From Hemiscyllium ocellatum (Eukaryota): 64,000 bases of DNA. Below are positions 13,319-26,499 of the stretch, piece by piece. A program made the position numbers and the translations under genes. Positions within the stretch are counted from its first letter, which is position 1; every line of letters starts with the position of its first letter. The notes beneath the pieces are model-generated. The model was not told the origin of the DNA, searched no databases, and was given only the letters and a program-made list of their open reading frames with translations. The stretch is from assembly GCF_020745735.1 (NCBI RefSeq), contig NC_083409.1, forward strand, positions 19,054,341 to 19,118,340, in the 5' to 3' direction.

Positions 13319-13465
13319 GCTGAAATCAGGCATCTTCAAAAAGCCAACAAGGCTGCTCACAGGGAGAGGCAGCTGATCCTGAAACAGCAGGAGGAGATTC
13401 AACACATGCTCCAGTCCACCAGGGAAATTCAGGAGAGGCTCAAATCAGTTGGGGAGAGCAAGTTG
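13319..13465 (+). CDS. CEP350: CEP350-family exon
   Basis: cacag|GCT...AAGTTG|gttagt; AEIRHLQKANKAAHRERQLILKQQEEI...KSVGESKL. Confidence 0.93.
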
Positions 13466-14308
13466 GTTAGTATCCCACCATTTGCAAACATCTGAACGGA
13501 TCAATTCAAGGTTACTATTAAAGTAAGGAATTACTTACTCTGCAGCATGAATGATGGGTGATCAATTTCAATCCAAACTTGCTATCAGCCAGGTTTCTAG
13601 TCTATATTATCATTACAATATAAATAAAACTTTTAAAATTTTACAGAAAAGATGTAAGAATGGTTTGTCTGCCACTGAGAAACATCAACTTAAGCCTCGG
13701 TACCTTTATTAAGTTGATAACATGTTCACATGTTCCCTTATGTAGAGACCAAAACTCTGCAACCTAAAATACCAGGAATACCTGCTGCTGCCGAGAATAC
13801 CATCCTTTGTATTCATCGATATCGTGTTTTGTTCTGCATTCCGTAGAAGTGACAGCACAAGAAATGGAGCTTTCAGCCCAATGTATCTGTGCTTCTGTTC
13901 TTTCCCTCCCTGCAATCTGGCTCCGACCTGTTATCAGCATATCCTACAAAGGGGTCAAAACATTTTTGCACTTGATCATGTGCATAGGAATGGGACTAGG
14001 TTGTTGAGCCACTCATCTGTTTGCACTTGCTTCTATTATAATTGATCTACATCTCCCTCCCTTAATCTGTTTCCCTGAATAAACATTCCCAACAAACAAA
14101 AAAAATCAAATTCACTTTTAAAATGTTTAATTAATTCAAAGCTCAATTAATTCAAAACTAATGAAACACTCTGCCTCCTGAAAGGAAATGATGTTGCTTA
14201 GTTGCAGAAACCTGTCTTTGAATCTCATCTGTGTTTCACTAATTCTGGAGCTGTTTCCATTTAGGAGCAAACTTAACTTCCCATGCGTCCATCTTGGTAT
14301 ATTCTCAG

Positions 14309-14496
14309 GTTCCAACTCGACAGGAGCAGCGGAATGCAAAACAACTAGAAGTGGAGAATGCTTCCAAAGTGAGCCCCACTTCCACTCTCCTGGAAACAGA
14401 TACGGAGACGTGGAGTCCCTCCTCTGTTTCGAATTCAGGCAGCGAGACCAGCAACATCATGCAAAAACAGAAGATGCGCAGTCATGTGGATGAAAA
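14309..14496 (+). CDS. CEP350: CEP350-family exon
   Basis: ctcag|GTT...GAAAA|gtaata; ends ETWSPSSVSNSGSETSNIMQKQKMRSHVDEK. Confidence 0.9.
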
Positions 14497-15049
14497 GTAA
14501 TATCTCTTATGGCTTCTTCTAAGGCATATTGCTGTGAAAGACTGGCAAGCCAACCAGCTCATTTGTCAGCTGGTGATGTTATGGAGAGGATGAGAAAGAG
14601 AGAGACCGAGTGGCTCTGAGCAGAGATAAATATAGGAAGTCCATTTCACTGTGCTTTTCAAAGGCAGTGTGTTTGCTGCAAATGGTGTTTCTAATGATCC
14701 CACCTGAGGTGTTGTCATGTTTGACCCTGCGAGTGGGGCAGCAAAACATCAATATGGCCTCACTGCTCCTGCTCTCCAAGTAGGGGAGCTTTTTTCTTAC
14801 CCTCATCTTTTTTATTTACACCCATTGCCCTGGAGTAACAGTCTCAGAATGGGATTGCACTGTGAAAATTTTCACTCGTGCAAAGCTTGCTTTGCCTTTC
14901 AGTGGAGTCTGTTAGGAAACTGGAGGTACATGCAAATGTTGCAGGAATTGTTTTTCCTGGTGGAATTATCAGCTTGACATCATTGTGTTAGCTTTTTTAT
15001 CCTATGAAGACAATTGTGTACACTACAGAGGATATAAACAGGTCTTATT

Positions 15050-15385
15050 GGGGCAGCACCATGGCTCAATGGCAAGCACTGCTGCCTCACAGTGCCAGGA
15101 ACCCGGGTTCGATTCTACCTTCAGGTGACTGTGTGGAGTTTGCACATTCTCCCAATGTCTGCATGGGTTTCCTCCCGCTGTCCACAAATATGCAGGTTAG
15201 GTGGATTGGCCGTGCTAAATTGCCCATAGTGCCGAGCGATATGCAGGCGCGGTGAATTAGCCATGGGAAATGCAAAGTTACACGCATAGCTTAGGGGAGT
15301 GAGTTTGGGTGGGTTGCTGTGCGAGGGGTTATTATGGACTCAATGGGCTGAATGGCCTGTTTCCACACTGAGGGATTCTATGATT
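15050..15385 (+). mobile_element. HE1-type SINE
   Basis: gggcagcaccatggctcaatgg...acccgggttcgattc (A/B boxes), V-domain, CR1-like tail. Confidence 0.8.
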
Positions 15386-15399
15386 TGTTCCAATCACTT

Positions 15400-16530
15400 C
15401 ACATCAGTGTTACTGCTCCACTTGAGAATCCTGTCACCCTTGCTCATCTATTACCCTGACCCTCTATTCCTTTCTCCCTCTAATCTTGTCTATCCTCCCC
15501 TTAAACACCCGTATCATATTTGATTCAACTGCTCCCTGTTCAGTCTTCATTGCTGTAATCCAATTCTGCAGAACTTCCATATCTCCCTGATGGATTTCTT
15601 GGTGAATACTTTGTGACCTCAAGGTAGCTCTTCCCTGTGAAAGGAAACATTCTGTCTGTATCCAGTCTGCTGAACCCTCTCACCATTTTAAAGACCTCTA
15701 TTATGTCCCTGTTTGTCCTTCTTTCAGAGAAAAGAGACATAGCCTGTCAACCCTTTCCTGAGATGTGAACCCACACATTCCTGTGACCAACCTTGTCAAT
15801 CTTGTCTGTGTACCCACTTCAGTTTCTCCTTTTTCTATTTATAGTATGATGATCAGCCTGCACACAGTATCCAAGTGTGGTTTCAGCAAGGTTTGATTCA
15901 GGTTTAGCATATTTAATGAATAATTAGATAGGGATGATGTGCTAAACTACTGGTGTTTTTTTCTGATCGAGTTGAGTTCAATAAATGTGAGGTACTGCAT
16001 TTTGGTAAGGCAAATCAGGGCAGGACTTAATGGGAAGGTCCTGGGCAGTGTTGCTGAACAAAGAGACCTTGGGGTGCAGGTTCCTAGTTCCTTGAAGACG
16101 GAGTTTCAGTCATGAAGAAATCGTTTGGTGTGCTTGCATTTATTGGTCAGTGCATTAAGTATAAGAGTTGGGATGTCATGTTATGGTTGTACAGGACATT
16201 GGTGAGGCCACTTTTGGAATAATGCATTCAGTGCTGGTGTGTTGTCAAACTTGAAAGGATTCAAAAAGGTTTACAAGGATGTTGCGAGGGTTGAAGGTTT
16301 GAGCTATAGGGAGAGGCTGAAGGGTAACCTTAAAGGTTTATAAAATCGTGAGGGGCATGGATAGGGTAAATAGCTGTGATCTTTTTTTCCAGGATAGCGG
16401 AGTCAAAAACTAGAGACCATAGGTAAGAAAGGAAAAATTTAAAAGTTACCTCAGGGGCAACTTTTTCACACATGTATGAAATGATGGTGAAGGCAACAAT
16501 AATTACCACATTAAACAAACATCAGATGGG
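15400..16530. mobile_element. CR1 3' fragments (minus ~15400-15910, plus ~15960-16530)
   Basis: RT C-terminal motifs on opposite strands. Confidence 0.65.
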
Positions 16531-17769
16531 CTTGTAATCTGTGGTTGGACTGTTCCGAAGGCAGTGCTTGAGATTCTCCCACTATCTAAGTCAGAAAGAG
16601 AAATGGAGCTGGGGTTGGTTTTGATGAGCTCTGTTGCCATTTGAAGTTAATGAATCCGAGCAGAAGGGGTTGTGTTGATGTAGAGGTGTAGGGAAGTTGG
16701 TTACAAATGTTTTCATTGAATATTTGTAATTTCTCCTTCATAATGTGAGGTTTTCTTGAGTATCTAAAGATAAAGCAATTTTGGGGAGATACTCAGCTGT
16801 TTTGTTTTTCTTGTTTTGCTCCTTTATTTTGTAAACATCGCTCTCCTGTCACTACTTCTTCTCTGGCTTTACGTCTCATCAGTGGGCTTCTCTCAGTGTC
16901 TGTTTTTCCATCCTACATCCCAAATTCCAGATGTACATCTACAACCAGCTGGTCAGGTACTGTGCAACCTCTGCTTCTCACTGATCGAGCATGCTCTGTT
17001 TCATCACATGCATGTGGATGATGTGGGGGGTTGGTGGAGGGTCAAGGGGAAAGGAATTTTGGCTTCACATAGATGCTGCAAGCTGCTCGTTTGCAATATA
17101 ATGCATACTTTACAATTAATCTGGAACGTGGTTTTATAGGGGCATTACTGTGAAAGCAAGAAGTTGAAGTTACACAAACAATCTTGAGCTGCTCATGCTA
17201 ACAGGGTACAATAAAGATTGACCTATTTAACGTTGAGTTGGACTTTTGCAAATAGTCTGGCAGAGTTAGCAGCCCACTAACCTTGATAAATGTAACTTTA
17301 AGAAATCTGAAATTTGAGTTGCAAGGTTGAATTTTCATATGGCAGTGCCTCTTTAAGAGGGCAAATGTGTCTTTGGTGAACATTTGAGGTATTCATATGA
17401 AAACTTAATTGGTATGTAACCGTCACAGTAGACATGAGTATCTCCAACTACATGTAGCTACATGTTGGCTGTACTACATTTCTGAATGAACTTCACCCAA
17501 AATTAGTGAAATAATTGAAAAGTATTGCAGAATTAGAAGTGTAAATTATGTTTGTTGTGTGAATGTTGTAATATTGGAAAGCTAATAGTAACTAGCACAT
17601 TCTCCCAAGGTGAATTAACTACCACTGGAACTTTGTAATAATTATGCTTGTGTAAAGCTTTAAAGAGGCTGTAACAAATAATTAGCTTTTTCTTTTGTGA
17701 TCCAGATAAGCAATTAACATGTTTTAGAAGTAATTGTATATTTTTCCTGTTAGTAACATGAAAAGCAAG

Positions 17770-18860
17770 ATAATAATAAGCCCCTTGAGCCTGCTCTGTC
17801 ATTCAGTCTGATCATGATGATCCCACTTTCTCCCCATACCATTTGATCTCTTTAGCCCTAAGAACTATATCTAACCCTTGAAAATATTCAATGTTTTGTC
17901 CTGAAATACATTTTGTGGTAGAATATTTTGTTGGTTCAACACTATCTGGATGAAGAAATTTCTCCTCATCTCAGTTCTGAATAGCCTAACCTATATCCTT
18001 TAGACTATGACCACTGGTTCTGGCCTACCCCACCATGAAGGCCAACATACCATTTGTCTTCACCACCTGCTGCACCTGCATGCTTACTCTCAGTGACTGG
18101 TGTACAAAGACACCCTTTGTTGTAACTCTCCCTTTCCTAATCTATTCAGATAATCTCGCTGTCTGTTTTTGCAACCAAAAAATCTCACATTTATCAAAAT
18201 TATCTTTCATCTGCCATGCATTTTCCTAATCACTCAACTTATGTAAATCACACTTGAAGCATCTCTGCATCCTCCTCACAGTTTACCTTCCACCCAGCTT
18301 TGTGTCACCCACAAACTTAGAAATAGTAATAGTTCCCTCATTTAAATCATTCGTATATAATGTGAGTAACTGGGTTTGAACCACTGATCCCTGTAGTACC
18401 TCACTGGTCACTGGCTGCCACTCAGAAAATGGCCTGTTTATTCCAGCTCTTTGTTTCCTGTCTGCCAACTAGCGCTCTGTCCATGCAAATACATTCCCCC
18501 CCACCACTCCTGATCTCTTACATTATATGCTAATTTCTTATGTGGGACCTGATCAAAAGAGTTCTGAAGTCAAAGTAACACCCATGGGTTGCCCCTTATC
18601 AATTCTACTAGGTAGATCCTCAAACTTTCAGTAGATTTGCTAAGTATGATTCTCCTCTTTTAAATCCATGCCAACTCTGTCCAATCCTGTCACTGTTCAG
18701 TAAGAAACTTGACTGTACGCCAATATAGCTTATAAATGTATCTGCTCCCAGAATTTGGAAAGCGGGCACACTGCCCTCCAAAGAAAAATCTGCTGTCACA
18801 GGCTTCACTCTTATCGCATACATTTATTGTCCAATTCTTTCATGTGATCATTGATTTTAC
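17770..18860 (-). mobile_element. CR1-type LINE fragments
   Basis: SEWQPVTSEVLQGSVV...SKFVGDTKLGG; GESYLANLL. Confidence 0.75.
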
Positions 18861-19402
18861 AAACAATTTCTAAAATTCTTTAAATCCTGAAGAAATGTGA
18901 TGCTAGCCCTTTGTAGAAGTGAATGGAAAGTGTGATGCTTGCTTGACCTTTGTCTCTATGGATCAGACCTAACCGAACCTTTAGCAAGGTGTGGGATGTG
19001 TCCCACAAACATTTTTTAAAAAGCAAAGATTATTCTGAGATTTAAGTGTTCAATTAGGTATGATCAAAAAACTTCGTAAAAATTGAGAGTTTGTTTTCAG
19101 CTCCTTTAAAGAGACATGCTCTAGGCCGACAATTTTGTGACATGTGGTCATTCTTTGATAAAGGTGGCTGTGTCCAACACTACAGGATTTTGTGCAGAAG
19201 TGTCTAATTGGCTGGGTGAGCTTTATTACTGGTGTAACTTGGCTCATTTTGGGATGGAATGCTACTTTGAATTAAATCGTGTTTTTAAACTGAGGTGACT
19301 TTCTCTAACTCAAGTGTGGAAACTACGTTCAAGTTTACGCTTTTGTTTCACTTTTGCAGATGAGTATTTTTCCGATCTGTTTTATAAATAAAGTTCAATA
19401 TT

Positions 19403-19605
19403 GAAAATGCCAGCAGCATCACTGAAGAGAAAAAGACATTATATGTTTCAAGTCCAGTGACCTGTTGTCCGTTCAGACGAAGATTTAGTGAACTTAAAAC
19501 ATAACTTTTCTTTTTCTTCACAGATGCTGTCAGACCTGCTGAGTTTCTCCAGCACTTTGCTTCTTCGGTTCAGATGTTCAGCTTCTGCAGTTCTTTGTTT
19601 TGTTA
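19403..19605. mobile_element. Old inverted pLTR mini-element
   Basis: Divergent arms with gatgctg...ctgctgagtttctccagc and decayed CTGAA...GAAAC cores. Confidence 0.55.
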
Positions 19606-20267
19606 CAAATCCTAATAATTTGACTTGGGGAGTGAGAGGCAGCAACTGTGATTAACTAGGATAAAAATCCTCCACCATGGCAAAAGAACACATAATTCTT
19701 TACACTTTACAAAACACTGTACTGTAAATAGGAAATGCAGTTGAGCTAAATACAAGAAGGCATAGCACCTGACTGGTCTCAAACCTTTTCCCAAACTTTG
19801 AGGACCAGGCTATCAGAATTTTGTTTGCACGCTTCCTTTGAGATCACAGTCCACAAATGTCCCAGTGCCAAACCCTGGGCCGGGCCAGGTTACCAATTGC
19901 AGTGGGGTGGGGAAATCTGTGTCAGACTGAAGTTTTATTTAAGAGCAGCATTGCAGATTGAAGTTGTTGGTTTTGACTAATATTTCGTCAGCAAACTTGG
20001 AGGAAATCCTTCTGAATGTGTTGATTAACTGCACTGAGCCTATTTACATGCAGTAGTGCTACAATGTTCTCGGATGTGTGAAGGGGCCAAGGAGACATTG
20101 CCCTGAATTTTGTTTGTGTTGTGAAACTATCACCCAAACAGTGTTGAATTTCAAAAGTAAGAATTATACATTTTGAGCTGCAGGTTAATGTCCAATTTTA
20201 GAAATGAATATCAGCGCTAGCTGACACTTTCTTTCGCTCTCCCCCGTCCTGCTTGCATGTCCATCAG

Positions 20268-20461
20268 GTTCCTCACTAAACGGGAGCAGAAACTCCATCG
20301 GCGACGGCGTGCGGAGGAGCTGCTGGAGTGGAAGCGGCGGCTCGATGCCGAGGAAGCTGCGATCCAGCAAATGGAAGAACAGGCTCAGGCTGCTTGGGAC
20401 CAGCAGCTCAAAACAAACATGATAAAGAGAGAGGCAAGCAAGAAGATTCCCGAATTGAACG
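20268..20461 (+). CDS. CEP350: CEP350-family exon
   Basis: atcag|G...AACG|gtaatg; FLTKREQKLHRRRRAEELLEWKRRLDAEEAAIQQMEEQAQAAWD. Confidence 0.95.
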
Positions 20462-21313
20462 GTAATGTTAGCCTCTGTTTCTTGTTTGTTTGTTTTTCTT
20501 CAAGACAGTAATGCATTTACTGTGGTTCTGACTGCTTTCAAGTGCACTTTGCTATGGCTGATTGTCATGGCACGTGTGAGGTGGTATATTGATGTGTAAA
20601 TGTCATCAGTCTGCATTAATGCAGAAGAAGCAAGGTGTAAACCTGGCCTTTTAGTTTGCCTGTCTCATTCATTCAAGGAAATCACATTTCCCAAGCATCT
20701 GCCGTGATGCATTTAAACAGAATAGGTCAGATGTTGTAATTATCATCTTTCTCAATGGTACCTTGAAAAGATAGCTCAGTGTAGTTTCCCACTCACCCTC
20801 TCGAGGGAGACTGAAGTTTCAGATTTTAATTCCTTTCACTGCTGGTGGTTGCGTATCACTTGCAGAGTTGAGAAGCAGCAAAAGTTGTCATCAATGTGAG
20901 AGCTTGGATGTTGTTTATACAAGACTATGTAGCCACTTTGTTCACACGGAAAAATCTAATTTTCTTTGCAATATTGATAATTCATTTCATTCCTCACCAT
21001 TAGCAGCAACATGAAACTATCTCCAGGACTGCACAGAATGTTGTATTGGAGAATTTTGATGATGAGCAGATATGTCTGATAGTATCTGAGTTGGCTCAAG
21101 GTGCTTTTCATCAGTGACCTGTGCATACTTAACTTTCTCTGGTTAATTGTTTCTAACCTACTCCCCTTATGATACTGTTACATGCATCTGAAGTAAAGAA
21201 TATATTGAAAGGAGGATGAAGTTGTAAGACAGTCATACTGAATTATGCATCTCACTTTAAGCACTGTTAATCCATTGCTGTATAAATGTTCTAAGTATTG
21301 TTATTTTCTGTAG

Positions 21314-21516
21314 ACACAGGCAGTGAGGAAGAATGTCCTGTGCCGCCTTGCTCCCAGCCCCACAGGGACAGTTCAGTTCCTGAGGAAGTTAGAATTTCAA
21401 CTGCTCAGTCAATGGAATCACCATCAGCAGCCCTTCAGATGACCACCAGTCCTGACCATCCTATTTTCACGGATGGTGTTTATTCCCAGGATTTTGTTGC
21501 AACACACAGTAAAATG
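21314..21516 (+). CDS. CEP350: CEP350-family exon
   Basis: tgtag|AC...AAAATG|gtaaaa; DTGSEEECPVPPCSQPHRDSSVPEE...SPDHPIFTD; the phase-0 donor fits the next exon, but an alternative phase-1 donor at 21508 is possible. Confidence 0.82.
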
Positions 21517-21639
21517 GTAAAAGATGTTTTGCATTGTCTTTTTTTACAAAAACTGTTTCTAATGAGTAAAGAATGTCATATAAGGTTGCAGAGAATAGCA
21601 AATCCTTGGCTTTGCTCAAAATCAGTCCCAGGGAAACAG

Positions 21640-21900
21640 GAAGTGGAGAGAATGGGAAACAATATGGAGAGGGGGGTGGGAGATCTGAGGGAATGGGAGT
21701 TCTGCGAATGAATGGAAAATATAAGTGTGGGGGGAATGGGAATTCTGAGTGGGGTTGGGAAACATGGGAGTGGGATGAAATGGAAATTCTGAGAGGGAAT
21801 TTGAAACGGGAGTGGCAGAGAATGGGAATTCTGAGGGGGAATGAGAAATGTAATGTGGGAAAGAATAGGAATTTTGTGAAGGCATGGGAAATATGTGCAG
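21640..21900 (+). repeat. Degenerate purine-rich minisatellite with ~43-bp period
   Basis: A GAATGGGAATTCTG-like core starts at 21650, 21691, 21734, 21778, 21820 and 21863. Confidence 0.7.
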
Positions 21901-23291
21901 GCTCGGTGGATTAACAATGGGAAATCCAGGTGGGGGAGGGGGCTCTGGGTGGGCTGGTCCTCGGAGGGTTGATGTGGACTTAAAAGCCCAAATGACCTGC
22001 TCCGACACTTTACGGAATCTCTGATTATCTGTCTCTGTCCCACCTCCGTTCTTCCACTGCAGAAACCTCGTCAATGTCTGTCTTACTTCCAGACTTGATG
22101 ATTGTATTATATTACTTGTTCTATTCCAGAAAGCCGATTGGTGAAGGATAATACCAGAACCAGTCTTTGCACCATTTAAATTAATTTATATGATTATACA
22201 TTGCAGGCAAGCTATTTGTATTCCTTTAATTAAATCTGTGAGAATTTCAATTTTAATTGCTCCATTCATGGAAAAGCCTTCAGTTACTAAGACAGTGACC
22301 TCTTTAATCCCCTCCCTGAACTTTACTTCTGTCTATGTCACTTTCCTCCTACAAGACACTCGAACTGTATGACAGATTTCACATCTGCCCTTGGATCTCT
22401 GTGAGGCTCAGTATCATGTTTTATTCTATTTCTGTGAAGCTACTTGATTTGTTTTATCATATGAAAGATTTGTTATAAATGCAAGTTTTTAAAGATAAAA
22501 CAGGAAGAAAACAGGTAACTGTGAAATAAAGCATCTGAGCAGATTTCAAAAGTGATGATTATGCTTAAAAAAGCCTCAACTTTCAGATGTGGAGGTATGA
22601 TGGGTGGGTACATGCACTTTTTAAAAAAAACATTTGACAACGTGTCATACATGAGATTAATTGGCAAGGAATTAAGGCAGGGATAGCAAACGGGATTTAA
22701 ACAGATAGAACGGTGGAAATATAGAAAAGGATTTGGGGAAGTTCCAGAGTGGTTCAAGAAAGTCGTGGTTTCTGGCTTTGCTTCTGGGGGCACTTTTATT
22801 TCCGGTGTTCATTTAATAATTTGATTATGTGCTAAGAGCGTCTGGTGTTGAAATTCAAAGTATTGTAAAATAAGAAGAATGATGAGTCTTTTGGAAAAGT
22901 TAAGGAAGCTGTGAGGGGTTTTGAGAAGAAGCTTAAAAAGGAGTAGAAAGCTTTTGTTTTCACTCCATCAAGTAAATTTTGTATTGTGTTTGAGTACTCA
23001 GTCTTAAAAAATATACTGTTTAATGATCTGGATCTCACTCCACGTGGAAACCTTGACTTTCATTACCTGGCTGAGAATAAATTGGAAATGAATTCCAGCC
23101 TGTGTCTGATTTGTCAGACATATTCTGAGATATAAAACAAAGGTTGTCGTTTGTTTGTCTCCTGTTTTCATGCTTTGATTTCACAGTTTATTATAACCAT
23201 GTATTGTTCATTAATGTTTTGAAATGAATTCCATCATTTTTGGTCCTGACCTTCAGTATCTAGATTGACCAACAGTATGTGTACTTTGCAG

Positions 23292-23534
23292 CAGGGCAGC
23301 CCAGTGCAGGAGCCCCAGTCCCGAAAAGATGTGCCCCGAAAAATCCAAGGGGAAATTAACTTTGCTTTTGCTGAAGATGCAGTCGAGATTGTGACACTGG
23401 TTCATGGAGCGGCTGAGGAGCTGTACAAATGGCAGGAACTTGGCCATGATTTGGGGGATTTGCAAATACCCCCAGAATTCGGGAATTCTAAATGGAAGGA
23501 TGATGAGAGTGTCAGCAGAAGAGCTTATTGTGAG
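23292..23534 (+). CDS. CEP350: CEP350-family exon (start of C-terminal conserved region)
   Basis: tttgcag|CAG...TGTGAG|gtgaga; EIVTLVHGAAEELYKWQELGHDL...SVSRRAYCE; 243 nt, phase 0 to 0. Confidence 0.88.
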
Positions 23535-25298
23535 GTGAGACCCAGATTTTGCATTTGAAAACCAAATTATTTTTTCTTTGTTAAGCAAGAAACGAATAGG
23601 TTAAGAGTGCTCCATTGCAGCTCTGATTGATGATATGTATAACAGAGCATGTTAAAAACATTATCTCGATCCTGATGACTGCATTGAATTCAATTTACCA
23701 TTTTGCCCCTTCCCTAAAAAGTCCAAAGCCCCTTTATCCTCCACTGTTTGTAGTCTCCCATTATTAATTTATCATCCTCCTCATCATCATACTGTTATCC
23801 GTTAAATCCCATCTGTCATAACTTTGCCCAGTCTGAGAATCTGTAGATTCTGTTTCTATTTACATAATATATAGTGTCCCTTCCAGCCACTCTGTTTTTT
23901 TTTCAAATTCTTCTCTATCGTTTCTGTCTTTCTATTGCTGTTTCCATTGGTTGATAATACAATATTTGATTATTATTCACCTTCTTAAAACTCTCTAGAA
24001 TCTTGATCTAGAAGCTAGAATCACAGGTCATTCCATAACTTTCAGATAAAGAAAGCCTGAAAGGTTGAACTTCTCAATCTGTGATCATGTCTGTACCTCT
24101 TTTCCTGATAACATCTTGAGAATTTGCACGATGTTGAGATTCCCAAAGTTGACCAAAGTATTCTAAGATCTTATGCAGCTTAACGTGGCTGTAATTGTTT
24201 GTGTCTATGTGGCCTTTGCTCTCATCTGATTAGGATCTTACCATTTCAGGTGTAATTCCTTTTCTTATCCACACAATGTATTACTTCATCCCACTCTTAA
24301 CTTCAATTCCATCTTCCGGTAAATATTCTTCTGTAGCTGTCACTGCAGTACAGTTCCATCTCTGTCCCTTCAACCCAAGTTGGAATCATTTGATTCCTTT
24401 CTCTTAAATTCCCAAGTCAAGATTGTGTTTATTACGATAACAATTAAGGACGATCTGAGTATGGGCTCCTGTGGACCCCTTCCATTCTCCACACCTTTCT
24501 TGTGTGAAATCTTTATTTTACCCTGACCTGCATTTTCCCAACTACCTCTATTCACTTGACTGTGCTCCCCTTCATTTGAGGTGCCCCTGAGTTTTGCCTT
24601 TGGTCTTCTCAGAGGTAACTACTTGAAATACTTTCTGAAAATCCATGTAAACCATGTACACTTTTTTCCCACTAATCTGCTCCTTTACTAATACAGCCTT
24701 GTCAAATCGCTTGCTAGTTCACAACCTGCTAATTAGAAATTCATGCTCATTGCTATTGTCTCTTTAACTGCTCGTCTTTCACTCCATGCTGTTAACTCTT
24801 AATTTACCAACAAATGACACAAAACTAACTGATTGAGAAATTCCTGTTTTTCTTCTTATTGAATGAGGAGTTAGCTGCCCTCCAACCCTCTGGTCGAATT
24901 TTAGGAGGTAATAATTGGAGCCATGATAGTTTGTTTCCTATTTACAGCATGTCCCACAGATGTCATTCATTTTGTTTCAAAGATTTGCCTGCTTTTATGT
25001 TGTGGTGCCTTCCTTAGTATTCTGTAGGTAATCTTGTCTAATACATCTGCACCTAGCCTTGGTAGTTCTGCAATCCTTTTAAACCCCTTCTGTCATCTCT
25101 CTTTTGCCTTCTCTACTGCAATCAATGAAATTCTAAATTTATCCTTGATTCAGATCGTGAATCAAACAGTTGTTATTTTATATATTTTGAACAGTATTCC
25201 CTTTTATTTTCACTGTCGTGATCTAACAAGCTTTTTTTTTGGGTGGAAAGGACGTATCTAATATAATATTTTCTTTGTTACTCTTTTACTACTTCCAG

Positions 25299-25445
25299 CT
25301 TATCTTTAATGTGACAAGGGAAATCTTTGCTGACATCTTTTCTGACGACCTCCGTGCCAGCCCAGCCCCGTGGATGAAGCCAAGCCGAGTTAGCTCTTTG
25401 TTCTTCAAACGAGCGAGGAACCCACAGAATTTAAATGAAGTGAAG
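25299..25445 (+). CDS. CEP350: CEP350-family exon
   Basis: tccag|CTT...GTGAAG|gtaata; LIFNVTREIFADIFSDD...PWMKPSRVSS...RNPQNLNEVK. Confidence 0.92.
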
Positions 25446-26499
25446 GTAATAACTCCATGTAATCCTTTTTTCCTATTTGTCAGTAATAATGTGACAAACG
25501 TGATGCTGGTTGGAGTTAAAGTATGTAGATTGAGTAAGTGAGTGACTCAACTTGTAAACAGTGGTCACTATCCTGACTTGGAAATCTGTCACTGCTTCTT
25601 GGAAGTCCCTCCCTAATGAGATTGTGGGTCTAGCTCAGCACCATCTTCTCAAAGACAACCAGGAACGTGCAATAAGTGCTGGCCAGCCAGTGACATCCAC
25701 ATTTCATGAATGAAAAAAAAAATTCCTCTATGCTCATTGAGTACCAAGGACCTCCATTTTAATTCTAAACTCCTCAATGACCATTTTTTAAATGACTCAG
25801 AGGGTCTGGGCATCGCCGGCTGGCCAGCAGTTATTGACCGATCCTAGTTGCTTTTGAGAACCTGGTAAGCTACCTTTTGTAACCACTGCACTCCATGAGC
25901 TGTAGGTAGACCCACAATATCCTTCAGGAGGGAATTCCCAGAATTTGATACAGCAATCCTGAAGAAACAATTATATTTTTGGAAGTCAGAATGATGAGTG
26001 GCTTGGAGGGGAACTTGCAGGTGGCGGTCTGCTGGTCGTGTCCTTCTTGATCTAAATGGTCACAGATTTGGGAGGATCTGGCTAAAGATCTCTGAATTTC
26101 TGCAATGCGTCTTGTAGATTGTACACACTGCTGCTACTGAGTGGAGGGCATGGCTGCTTGCGGATGTGGTGCCAATCAAGTGGGCTCCTTTGCCTTGGAT
26201 GTGGCGAGCTTTTTGTGTGTTACTGGAGCTGCACTCATTCAGGCAAGTGGGGCAGATTCCATCAGAGTCCTGACTTGTGCTTTGTACTCAGTGGATTTGC
26301 TATGGGGAATTAGGAAGTGAGTTATACACCCCAGTATTCCAAGCCTCTGACCTGCCCTTGTAGCCCAAAGTATTTATATAATGAGTCCAAATGAGTTTCT
26401 GGTCCATGATAACCCCCATGATGTTCATTGTGGAAGATTCAGTGATGGTAATACCATTGAATGTCAAGGGCCATTGGTTAAATTGTCTCTTAGAGTCGT

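Noticed and set aside
21573-22074. ORFs of 113-155 aa on both strands
   Set aside because: Artefacts of the purine-rich minisatellite
22040-22160. Polypyrimidine acceptors at ~22061 and ~22130 as possible extra CEP350 exons
   Set aside because: The phase-0 frame hits a stop, there is no convincing donor and no CEP350 similarity
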